From the NCBI GenBank assembly GCA_038203095.1, contig JBBREH010000001.1, forward strand, positions 431 through 64,430: DNA of 64,000 bases, given 5' to 3'. This stretch comes from Candidatus Doudnabacteria bacterium (lineage in GTDB: Bacteria > Patescibacteriota > Doudnabacteria > UBA920). Position numbers and translations under genes: made by a program. Below, piece by piece: positions 27,669 to 36,096 of this stretch. The notes beneath the pieces are model-generated. The model saw nothing but the letters and a program-made list of their open reading frames with translations. It had not been told where the DNA came from and made no database searches. Within the stretch, counting starts at the first letter, position 1, and every line of letters begins with the position of its first letter.

Positions 27669-28505
27669 ATGACAACAAAAATCTTTCTCGACTCAGGCGA
27701 CCCCGTTGAAACCAAACAAGCTTTAAAGTTGCTTGGGTTTTTGGACGGGCAAACTACTAATCCGTCGTTAATTGCTAAAAATCCGGCCACCAGCGGAAAA
27801 AAATTTACTGAAGATGAACTGCTAAAATTTTACCGTGGTATAGTTACAGAAGTCTCGTCGCTCATTCCAAAAGGCAGTGTTTCAATAGAAGTTTATGCGG
27901 ACAAAAATATGTTGGCAAATGAAATGCTGGCGCAGGGTAGGGAGTTTAATACTTGGATTCCGAACGCCCATATTAAATATCCGACTACGACCGAAGGTTT
28001 AAAGGCAGCTGAAATAAGCGTGAAAGAGGGAATGAGGGTAAATATGACGCTAGTTTTTAGTCAGGAGCAGGCTGCTGCAGTTTATGCCGCAACAAAAGGA
28101 GCATTGCGCGGACAAGTTTATTTGTCGCCATTCGTGGGTAGGCTGGATGACCGTGGGGAGAATGGCATGGATTTTGTTTCTAACGTCGTAAAAATGTATG
28201 AACAAGGCGACGGACATGTGGAAATTTTGTCAGCTTCAATTAGGTCAAGCGAACATATGAGAAAGGCGATTGAACAGGGTAGTGATATTATTACGGCACC
28301 GCTAAAAGTTTTAAAAGAGTGGGTAGAGGCGGGATCTTCCTCCTCCCCTCGCCAGGGGAGGATGCCCATAGGACAGGAGAGTTTGCTGCCAATTCTTTAT
28401 CAGGATATCAGCTTAAACAAGCCCTGGCAGGAATATAATTTACAGCATAATTTAACTAATGCCGGTTTGGAAAAATTTACAAGTGACTGGAATTCCTTAT
28501 TATAA
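27669..28505 (+). CDS. tal: Transaldolase (short Tal/FSA family)
   Basis: IFLDSG, GQTTNPSLI, HIKYP, NMTLVFS, SPFVGRLDD, ASIR. Confidence 0.9.
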   Translation: MTTKIFLDSGDPVETKQALKLLGFLDGQTTNPSLIAKNPATSGKKFTEDELLKFYRGIVTEVSSLIPKGSVSIEVYADKNMLANEMLAQGREFNTWIPNAHIKYPTTTEGLKAAEISVKEGMRVNMTLVFSQEQAAAVYAATKGALRGQVYLSPFVGRLDDRGENGMDFVSNVVKMYEQGDGHVEILSASIRSSEHMRKAIEQGSDIITAPLKVLKEWVEAGSSSSPRQGRMPIGQESLLPILYQDISLNKPWQEYNLQHNLTNAGLEKFTSDWNSLL

Positions 28506-28513
28506 CATAAAAT

Positions 28514-28546
28514 CCACTTGGAAGAGGGGACACCTCTTCCAAGTGG
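28514..28546. repeat. REP hairpin downstream of RAYT
   Basis: CCACTTGGAAGAGG-GGACA-CCTCTTCCAAGTGG. Confidence 0.85.
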
Positions 28547-28548
28547 GA

Positions 28549-29196
28549 CTAATCTATTAATAAAGCTTGAATTTGTTTTTGTTTTTCTATTAGAGGACCG
28601 CTTTCTTCTACAAATTTTTTATAATCGTTAACCGTCTTAAATTTATCCATAATAACTCGCTTATCACAAAGGCCATCGTTTCTTTTTTCAATGTAATCCG
28701 AATAACTACTAAAGGCATATTCATCCGGAGTTTTTACAATCCCGGCCACAGTTGGGTTTTGATGAATATAGGCCGAAAGCCAAGTTAAATAAGATTCATT
28801 TTCTACCGGTATGGCTTTGAATGCTCCTTGAAATAAATGGCCCACATGGTCGTATTTTTTTTGAAAGTAGACTGCGTAGCCGGTGCATAGTTTTTGGATC
28901 AGTTTGCTAATTTTAATTTCGTTGTTTTGTCTTATTAATAAATGAAAATGGTTAGGCATAAGACAATAGCAGATTAAAGAAAATGCATCTGTAGGCAATT
29001 GCTTTCTTTTGTATTTTATATCAAGAGAGCTTGGGCTAACTTCCAATTCATTTTCTGGGAATAAATTTTCTCTTAATCGATGAATAAAAATTCCATAATC
29101 TTGGGGATCAAAAAAAATATCATTTTTACCATTACCTCGATTAAAGACATGATAATAATTTCCCGCAGTAAAAGTTTTGTAATCACGATAACGCAT
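28549..29196 (-). CDS. REP-associated tyrosine (HUH) transposase, RAYT/IS200-like
   Basis: YHVFNRGN, CLMPNHFHLL (HUH), GHLFQGAF, YIHQNP, YAFSSY; flanked by two copies of one hairpin. Confidence 0.9.
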   Translation of the reverse strand: MRYRDYKTFTAGNYYHVFNRGNGKNDIFFDPQDYGIFIHRLRENLFPENELEVSPSSLDIKYKRKQLPTDAFSLICYCLMPNHFHLLIRQNNEIKISKLIQKLCTGYAVYFQKKYDHVGHLFQGAFKAIPVENESYLTWLSAYIHQNPTVAGIVKTPDEYAFSSYSDYIEKRNDGLCDKRVIMDKFKTVNDYKKFVEESGPLIEKQKQIQALLID

Positions 29197-29218
29197 AATC
29201 ATATTATACCATAAAATT

Positions 29219-29248
29219 AACTTGGAAGAGGGGACACCTCTTCCAGTT
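29219..29248. repeat. REP hairpin upstream of RAYT
   Basis: ACTTGGAAGAGGGGACACCTCTTCCA, identical to the core of 28514-28546. Confidence 0.85.
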
Positions 29249-29288
29249 GTGCAAGTTGGTTGGAAATGGTACACTTTATCAAGTATTT

Positions 29289-29362
29289 CGGGCTGTAGTA
29301 TACCGGTAGTACGTCTGCTTTGGGAGCAGATAGACTGGGTTCGATTCCCAGCAGCCCGACCA
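29289..29362 (+). tRNA. tRNA-Pro(TGG)
   Basis: CGGGCTG/CAGCCCG acceptor stem, TCTGC-TTTGGGA-GCAGA, GGTTCGATTCC, CCA. Confidence 0.95.
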
Positions 29363-29424
29363 TGAGCCGCTCTCAGTCTAAGGCGAATTCGGGTTGAAAG
29401 CACGACGATTCAACCAAAATCTTT

Positions 29425-29453
29425 TTGACAAATCAACAGCCTTATATTATAAT
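29425..29453 (+). promoter_or_regulatory. Consensus sigma70 promoter upstream of the S-layer-like gene
   Basis: TTGACA-17 bp-TATAAT. Confidence 0.7.
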
Positions 29454-30007
29454 ACACAAACTTAATCAGAATTTACTTCAACTTATCCCCAAAATGGTTG
29501 TTTTTAAGAACATTTAAGCCTAAATAGTCAGGAAAAGCGCATAAGTAAATTTTGCCTTAAATAAGGCAGAAATTATGAACTTTTCCTGGCTTTTTGCGTG
29601 TGTTTGGGAGTAAAGGTTAGAATTGGGCGAAAGCTGTAACACTTGGAGAAAATAAGCGTCTGGGTATACATAGGGCATAATCAGAAATCAGGAAGCAAAT
29701 AAAACCGCAAAATACAGCCCAAATCATTTGTTTTATTGAACCTTATGGCTTTAGGCGAGCTATAAGGGCTATTAATAGCCTTGGTCGATCTTATGGCGTT
29801 TACACTTATGCACCAAATTTTGGCGCATAGGAAAGGTTTAACGCTTAAGGATTCAATAAACATTATCTTGCCAAACAGTTTTAGCGATCTCTAGAGCGCT
29901 AAATCCTAAGTAAGCGGGGTAGTGCAATTAATTAAAATATTTTAGGCTACTTTATTGATTGTCTCAATTGAATAATCAATTTTGCCTAAAATGGAGTATT
30001 ATATAAA

Positions 30008-33000
30008 ATGCAAAATTCTGTCGCAAAGAAAATCTTTGCAGTAGGATCCGCGGTTGCTATGACATTGTCATTGGTAGTCCCGTTTGCGGCTCAAGCCGCG
30101 GCGCACGCTACCGGTACCAATGTCTCCAGCTCTGACGGCACTGTGTGGATGGTTACATCTACCGGTACCCGCCGCGCCTACACTTCCGCCGGCGCCTTCC
30201 TCTCCTATGGATTTAACTCCTGGAGCCAGGTTGTTCCCGCCAGCGCCGAAGATCTAGCCTTACCGGTTGATTCTGCCGGATTCATCCCCCCGCAAGACGG
30301 CACCATCTTTTGCGCCACTGCCACTAAAGGCTCTGACGTCAAAGGTGAATGTGCTTTAATTTCCGGCGGTATGAAGCGCTCATTCACATCAGCCTCGGTC
30401 TTTACCGGCCTTGGTTTTAGCTTCGCCCGCGCCGTAAACGGAGATTCCTCCTTTATGAGCAAAGGCGCCAATGTTGACAACAGCACCATGGCTCATTTGC
30501 CTGGCGTACTTGTTAACAACAACGGCACCGTCCAGTTAGTCGGCTCAAACGGCTTGCTAGGCGTACCGGATTTAGCCACCTTCAATTCCTGGGGCTATTC
30601 CTTTGCCAACGTTGTCCCGGCTAACGCCGCCGACAAAGCCATGACCCAAACCGGCGTTATGGTTGCCCGTTTGGCCGGACAATTGTCCCCAAGCTGGACA
30701 CCAGCCCAACCATGCACCAGCAACTGCACTCCTCCTCCTGCTAACGGTGGTGGTTTGAGTGTTTCTTTGAGCTCTGCTACTCCTGCCGCTTCTAACGTAG
30801 CTGCCGGAGCTGCCTTTATTCCTTTTACTGCCATCAACTTTACCGCAGCCGGCAACCCGGTTGTAGTAACCGGCGTAAAAGTTAAAAGAGGCGGACTTGG
30901 CGCCGACAGCAACCTGAACAATATGTATTTGTTCAACGGTGCTCAAATGTTAGCTCAGTCTTCTTCTGTTCAAAATGGCGTAGTCACTTATTCCAACAGC
31001 GCAGGTTTGTTCACGGTTCCCGCGAACAGCACCTTAACTATTTGGGTTAAGGGTGACTTGTCTTCCGGCACATCCAGCGGTTTAACCTATACATTTAGTG
31101 TTAACGCCGCTTCGGACATTACCTCCAATGCTTCCAGCGTTAGCGGTTCTTTCCCAATTACCGGTAATATGGTTACCAGCGCAACTGTTGTCTCGCCTTC
31201 TTTGGCGAGTTTGACCGTTGCCGGTATTTCCACAGGTGGCACGGTTAACGCCGGCACCAACAGCTTCTTGGCCGCCCAATATTCTTTACAGTCTGCCAAC
31301 AGCTCTGTAAAAGTAAACGGTATTACATTAACTTTTGTCGGCTCCGCGGCGCTTTCCAGCATTGCGAACGTCAAGTTAATGGCCAACGGCACACAGGTCG
31401 GTTCTACTATGACCAGCCTCTCCAGCACAGTTGTATTCTTTGATTTGTCTTCGGCTCCTTTAATGGTGCCAACAGGCAACACTGTCAACTTGCAGGTAAT
31501 TGCCGATATTACCGGTAGCGCCAACAGAACAGGCAACCTGTTCTCCATTCAGCGCAACTATGATATCCAAAGCTATGACACTACCTACAACGTAGGTATT
31601 TTGTCCTCCAGCACTTTCCCTGTAAATGGCACCAGCTTCTCGATTAATGCCGGTACCTTAACGGTTAACCGCGATGTCACCAGCCGCACCACTCAAATTG
31701 CTCCTGGTCAGACAAACCTCACTTTGGCTACATTTTCATTCCAGGCCAACGGTGAAGACGTAAAAATCTTGAACTTGCCGTTTAAAATTGCCGGCAACGG
31801 TTCCGGTAAATTGGATATCAACAATATCAAATTGGTTGATAACGCGGGTTTTGGTCTAGGCACATCTGATACCACCGAAAAGAATGTGGTAGCTACTCCC
31901 TACACCAACAGCTCTGGCGCGGTTAATGCTCCAGGTTTCCAACAGACCTCTAACTTTAATTATGTCATTCCTGCCAATACCACTCGCTTAATTAGCATTG
32001 TGGCCGACATAATTTCTAGCACTACTTCTACAACTGCTACCGCTTCTTTGACCGGTGGTTCTTCCAACGCTCAAGGCGTAGTTTCAGTTGCCAGTATTAC
32101 TACTCCTGCAGTTTCCGGTAACACTTTGACTGTTAGCACTACTTTGCTTACAGCCACTTTGAGTTCCGGTATGGCCAACCCAAGCTTGGTTGTTCCTAAC
32201 TCCCAGTCGACCAAAGTCGGTTCCTTTGCGATAAACGCAGGTGGAGCTGATTCTGTAGATATTACCACTGTGCAGGTTACTACCGGCGCGACTTCTGTTG
32301 CAGCCAACTTTAACCAATTGGCAGTTATGGTAGGTACTACTCAAGTTGGGCAAACTCAAACCACTTTGAGCAACAGCACTGCCTATAGCTTTAGCCCTGC
32401 TACGGCCATTTCTATTCCGGCCGGCGGTAGCGTGACCATAGATGTCTACGCTGGCGTTCAAAGCGGAGCTGAAACTTCGGTGAACCAAAATGTTGTGTCG
32501 TTGACAGGTCTTACTTCTCAACTACACACCAGCGGTTCCACTATTACCTTCCCGGGTCTCGTTACCGGACAGACCGTTAAGGTTACCGGCAACGGCGCTG
32601 TAACCATTACTCAAAGCCCGAACACTCCGGTGTCCAGGCAATTGGCAATGAACCAGGCTGGCCAAATCTTGGGCGTTATCAAGATTGGTGAAACTACAGG
32701 CAACGAAGCTGCCACTTTGACAGATATTACCATCACCGCCACCGGCGTTGCTGGTACTACCCTAAACGGTACTGCGTCAGCCTCTTTGAACTCCTTGCTT
32801 AACTTCACAATCTCCGCTGCCGACAATGCGGGTACAGCTATTGGTTCGCCTGTTACCAGGTCTTCTTGGACTTCAGGCACCGACGGTACCGGCACCGTGG
32901 TTTACACCGTTACCTTCAACAACGTAAGCTTAGCTATCCCGGCGGGACCTGGTAAGTATATGAACTTGACGGTTAAAGCTGACTTAAACAGCTTTACCAA

Positions 33001-33655
33001 CGGCGCGGCTTCCAACTCAATGTGGACTGTCGGTTTGGCCTCGGCTTCTGCCGCGACCATCCGCGGAACCTCTTCCACCGCAACCATTACTCCGACTTTA
33101 ACCGCCAACGCTACTTCTAATACCACAACGGTTCTTAGAACTACTATTGGCGTAGCCTCGGTTGGCTCAATTGCCAGCCCGGTTAGCGTAAGCGTTAGCC
33201 CAACCGGTGTTCCGAGCGCGACGGAAAATATGGCCATCTTTGCGGTTACTGCTTCTAACAGCGGTGACGCAATTGTGCAAAGCATTACTTTGCAACAAGG
33301 TGGTACAGCCCCAACAGGTGTTGCTGTAAACTACACAGTGTTTGACGCCGCTCAAGGCCTCTCCAGCGCTGTGAGTGTAGCTACTGCCATTACTGGTTCT
33401 ACCGCAACTGCGGTTACCCTAAACCTAAACTCCGCTGCCACTGCTGGCGGTGTGACTATTGGCGCAGGTCAAACCAAGTACTTGGTAGTCCAGGCAAACA
33501 CAACCAACTTTAACACCAACAGTGGCAACAGCTCCAAGTCTTACAGCTTGCAAGCTACCACTTGGCGCTTTAGCGACGGTACAACCGGCGTAGGCCCTTC
33601 TAGCGATGCTAGCTCGGTCACCGCAGTTACCACCGGCGCTTCCCGCACATACTAA
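30008..33655 (+). CDS. Probable S-layer / major surface protein
   Basis: Signal peptide, three N-terminal surface repeats, tandem Ser/Thr/Ala/Gly-rich beta-sandwich domains, strongly biased codon usage. Confidence 0.75.
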   Translation: MQNSVAKKIFAVGSAVAMTLSLVVPFAAQAAAHATGTNVSSSDGTVWMVTSTGTRRAYTSAGAFLSYGFNSWSQVVPASAEDLALPVDSAGFIPPQDGTIFCATATKGSDVKGECALISGGMKRSFTSASVFTGLGFSFARAVNGDSSFMSKGANVDNSTMAHLPGVLVNNNGTVQLVGSNGLLGVPDLATFNSWGYSFANVVPANAADKAMTQTGVMVARLAGQLSPSWTPAQPCTSNCTPPPANGGGLSVSLSSATPAASNVAAGAAFIPFTAINFTAAGNPVVVTGVKVKRGGLGADSNLNNMYLFNGAQMLAQSSSVQNGVVTYSNSAGLFTVPANSTLTIWVKGDLSSGTSSGLTYTFSVNAASDITSNASSVSGSFPITGNMVTSATVVSPSLASLTVAGISTGGTVNAGTNSFLAAQYSLQSANSSVKVNGITLTFVGSAALSSIANVKLMANGTQVGSTMTSLSSTVVFFDLSSAPLMVPTGNTVNLQVIADITGSANRTGNLFSIQRNYDIQSYDTTYNVGILSSSTFPVNGTSFSINAGTLTVNRDVTSRTTQIAPGQTNLTLATFSFQANGEDVKILNLPFKIAGNGSGKLDINNIKLVDNAGFGLGTSDTTEKNVVATPYTNSSGAVNAPGFQQTSNFNYVIPANTTRLISIVADIISSTTSTTATASLTGGSSNAQGVVSVASITTPAVSGNTLTVSTTLLTATLSSGMANPSLVVPNSQSTKVGSFAINAGGADSVDITTVQVTTGATSVAANFNQLAVMVGTTQVGQTQTTLSNSTAYSFSPATAISIPAGGSVTIDVYAGVQSGAETSVNQNVVSLTGLTSQLHTSGSTITFPGLVTGQTVKVTGNGAVTITQSPNTPVSRQLAMNQAGQILGVIKIGETTGNEAATLTDITITATGVAGTTLNGTASASLNSLLNFTISAADNAGTAIGSPVTRSSWTSGTDGTGTVVYTVTFNNVSLAIPAGPGKYMNLTVKADLNSFTNGAASNSMWTVGLASASAATIRGTSSTATITPTLTANATSNTTTVLRTTIGVASVGSIASPVSVSVSPTGVPSATENMAIFAVTASNSGDAIVQSITLQQGGTAPTGVAVNYTVFDAAQGLSSAVSVATAITGSTATAVTLNLNSAATAGGVTIGAGQTKYLVVQANTTNFNTNSGNSSKSYSLQATTWRFSDGTTGVGPSSDASSVTAVTTGASRTY

Positions 33656-33709
33656 TTTTAAAGTTTTAGTATAAATTACAGCTTTTAATTAAGCTTTAAT
33701 TAGCGAACA

Positions 33710-33754
33710 AATTACCCCGTCCTTTCTTTATTGAAAGGGCGGGGGTTTGTTTTT
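33710..33754 (+). terminator. Intrinsic terminator
   Basis: CCCCGTCCTTTC-TTATT-GAAAGGGCGGGG followed by a T-rich run. Confidence 0.75.
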
Positions 33755-33832
33755 AGGCAGGGAAATTTGGTATAATCAAGTAGCCGTCGTTTGTGATAGT
33801 TTGCTTCAGGCAACAAAGAGCGTGATTTCTAT

Positions 33833-36079
33833 ATGAGCCAAACATTAGCCAATTTAAAGCTAAATAAAGCGGTGACCAATCTTTTTTTTGGTTTGGTTTT
33901 TTTAAGCTTGGTAGTGCCTTTGGTATTTACCAAACATTTGTTGTATCCGTTTATTTCGACTAAATCTTTGTTGTTAACGGGCGTTATTTTGATAGCTTTG
34001 CCCTGTTACGTTTATTTATTGGCACAAAACAAGAGCATTCGGCCAAATTCAAAAAATCCTATTAGCCTTTTGCTTCTGGTATTTATAACACTCAATTTTA
34101 TTGCCGCGGTATTTGGTGTGAATTTTGGCCGTAGCTTTTGGGGCAACTACGAACGAATGAGCGGGGTGTATTATTCCTTAAATTTACTACTCCTGTATTT
34201 TTATCTGTTTTCAATTTTTCAAATTAGGGAGAACTTAGGCAAAAAGTTTTTGGACGGGGTAATTCTGGTTGCCGGCTTAACATCAGCCTACGCGGTTTTG
34301 GAGCAAAGTGGGATTTTATTTTTTCAGGACGCCTCCTACCCTTCCCGTATTTCCAGCACCTTTGGTAACCCTATATTTTTTGCCAGCTTTTTAATTATCC
34401 CAATATTTTTAAGCGCCTTTTTCGCTGTTGAAGAAAGCGTTAAATGGAAAAAGATTTTTTATTGGGCTTGTTCGGTTTTGGGCATATGGGCAATATTTTT
34501 AAGCAAAACCAGAGGCGCGGAATTTGGCTTAGGCTTAACTTTTGTAGTTTTTGGTTTGATTTTTTTGCTTAATTCTAAAAACAAGCGCTTGCTAAAAGCA
34601 GGGTGGGGGATTTTTGCCGGGTTGGTGTTAGGGGCTGTTTTGCTGTTTAGTTTTCGTAGTCATTTTGATTCCTCTTCAGTCATTGGCCGAGCTTTAACTT
34701 TTAGCGATGGCAATACCAAAGCGCGTCTAATTCAGTGGCAAAGCGGGCTAAAGGGATTTAAAGATCATCCAATTTTAGGAGTTGGGCCGGAGAATTATTA
34801 CGTTATTGCCAATAAATATTTTAATCCGGAAATTTATAAATACGATTCCACTTGGTTTGACAAGCCCCACAATTTTTTACTGGAAGTTTTGCTAACAACG
34901 GGTTTGCTTGGGTTTATGGCTTATATTGGTTTAGTTAGTTTTGTATTTGTCTCGTTTAGAAAAGCGCAGAAGAGTGGTTTAATTTCATTTACTCAGTTTT
35001 GCCTGCTTTCGTCCGCTATGTTTGCTTACCAGGCGCAAAATTTATTTGTCTTTGATACTACCTCAGCAGCCTGGGCATTTTTTATTTTTTTGGCATTTGC
35101 CGGATATTTATGGCAGGCGAGTTTGCCGGAAATTAGTAGTGCCAGCCAAAATCAATCTAAAGTAAACTCTTTGCCGATTTTGCCTCAAGCCCTGCTGGTT
35201 GTTGTTGGTGTGTTGAGTTTTTACGTTTGGTATGTTACCAATTGGGGAACAATTAAAGTTTTATATAATTTAAATATTGCCTATGCCTTAGGTATAAAAA
35301 ATCCCAAAATTACCGCGGAGTATTATGAGCGCGCAGCCGGTCAGCCGTTTGTTTATGATAGGGGAGACATTGGCGTAAAGTATGGCGAGTTTGCGGTGCA
35401 GACGGCACAAGATTTAGGCGCGAGCTTGGAGCCTGGTTTTATTAATCAAACTTTAGATAACGCGGCCAAAGTGCTGGAAAAAACCGTGGCCGGGGTAAAT
35501 AATAACCCCATTTATTGGTATCATTTGGCCAACGATTACAACACAAAAAGTATTTTTAATAAAAGCGCGGTTTTGCCACGGGCTGTGGAGGCGGTAAATA
35601 AAGCCATTGCTTTGGTCCCGACCAGGGTTGAGCCTAAGTTTTTTTTGGTGCAAATTAAAGGTTTGCAAAATGATATTCCCAGCGTGGTAAAAATTTCTGA
35701 AGAAATAGCGGCCGCTGTACCTTGGAACGCGGAAACCAAATGGCGCCTGGCTTTGGCCTATAAAGACGCTAAGCGGCTTGATGACGCTATAGTTCAAGCC
35801 AAGCTTGCTTTAGCCGGTGGGTATAAATTTAAGCTGGTAAAGGAATTTCGTTGGCTAATAAATTATTACGCGGACAAAGAAGACTACCCCCAGGTCGCTT
35901 TACTCTACGAACAGGCTATAGTGCTTTCGCCTAATGATTTCCAGCTCTATGCCAGCTTAGCCACGGTTTATGCTAAACTAGGGGAGAAGGACAAAGCCAT
36001 TTTGGCGGCGCAAAAAGTGGTTGAATTGAACCCGGCTTCTAAAGCTAATGTTGATGCTTTTATAAAATCTTTGCAATAA
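33833..36079 (+). CDS. O-antigen ligase (Wzy_C) family protein with C-terminal TPRs
   Basis: STFGNPIFFA, SKTRGA, RLIQW, GVGPENY, KPHN; TPR tail. Confidence 0.88.
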   Translation: MSQTLANLKLNKAVTNLFFGLVFLSLVVPLVFTKHLLYPFISTKSLLLTGVILIALPCYVYLLAQNKSIRPNSKNPISLLLLVFITLNFIAAVFGVNFGRSFWGNYERMSGVYYSLNLLLLYFYLFSIFQIRENLGKKFLDGVILVAGLTSAYAVLEQSGILFFQDASYPSRISSTFGNPIFFASFLIIPIFLSAFFAVEESVKWKKIFYWACSVLGIWAIFLSKTRGAEFGLGLTFVVFGLIFLLNSKNKRLLKAGWGIFAGLVLGAVLLFSFRSHFDSSSVIGRALTFSDGNTKARLIQWQSGLKGFKDHPILGVGPENYYVIANKYFNPEIYKYDSTWFDKPHNFLLEVLLTTGLLGFMAYIGLVSFVFVSFRKAQKSGLISFTQFCLLSSAMFAYQAQNLFVFDTTSAAWAFFIFLAFAGYLWQASLPEISSASQNQSKVNSLPILPQALLVVVGVLSFYVWYVTNWGTIKVLYNLNIAYALGIKNPKITAEYYERAAGQPFVYDRGDIGVKYGEFAVQTAQDLGASLEPGFINQTLDNAAKVLEKTVAGVNNNPIYWYHLANDYNTKSIFNKSAVLPRAVEAVNKAIALVPTRVEPKFFLVQIKGLQNDIPSVVKISEEIAAAVPWNAETKWRLALAYKDAKRLDDAIVQAKLALAGGYKFKLVKEFRWLINYYADKEDYPQVALLYEQAIVLSPNDFQLYASLATVYAKLGEKDKAILAAQKVVELNPASKANVDAFIKSLQ

Positions 36080-36096
36080 TAAATTTTAAATAATCT

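Noticed and set aside
29197-29403. N-terminal extension of the RAYT ORF in the ORF track
   Set aside because: It runs antisense through tRNA-Pro and the REP hairpin; family similarity begins at MRYRDYK
30205-33355. Many antisense ORFs over the S-layer gene (also over groEL and metK)
   Set aside because: Shadow ORFs expected from biased codon usage; no recognisable motifs
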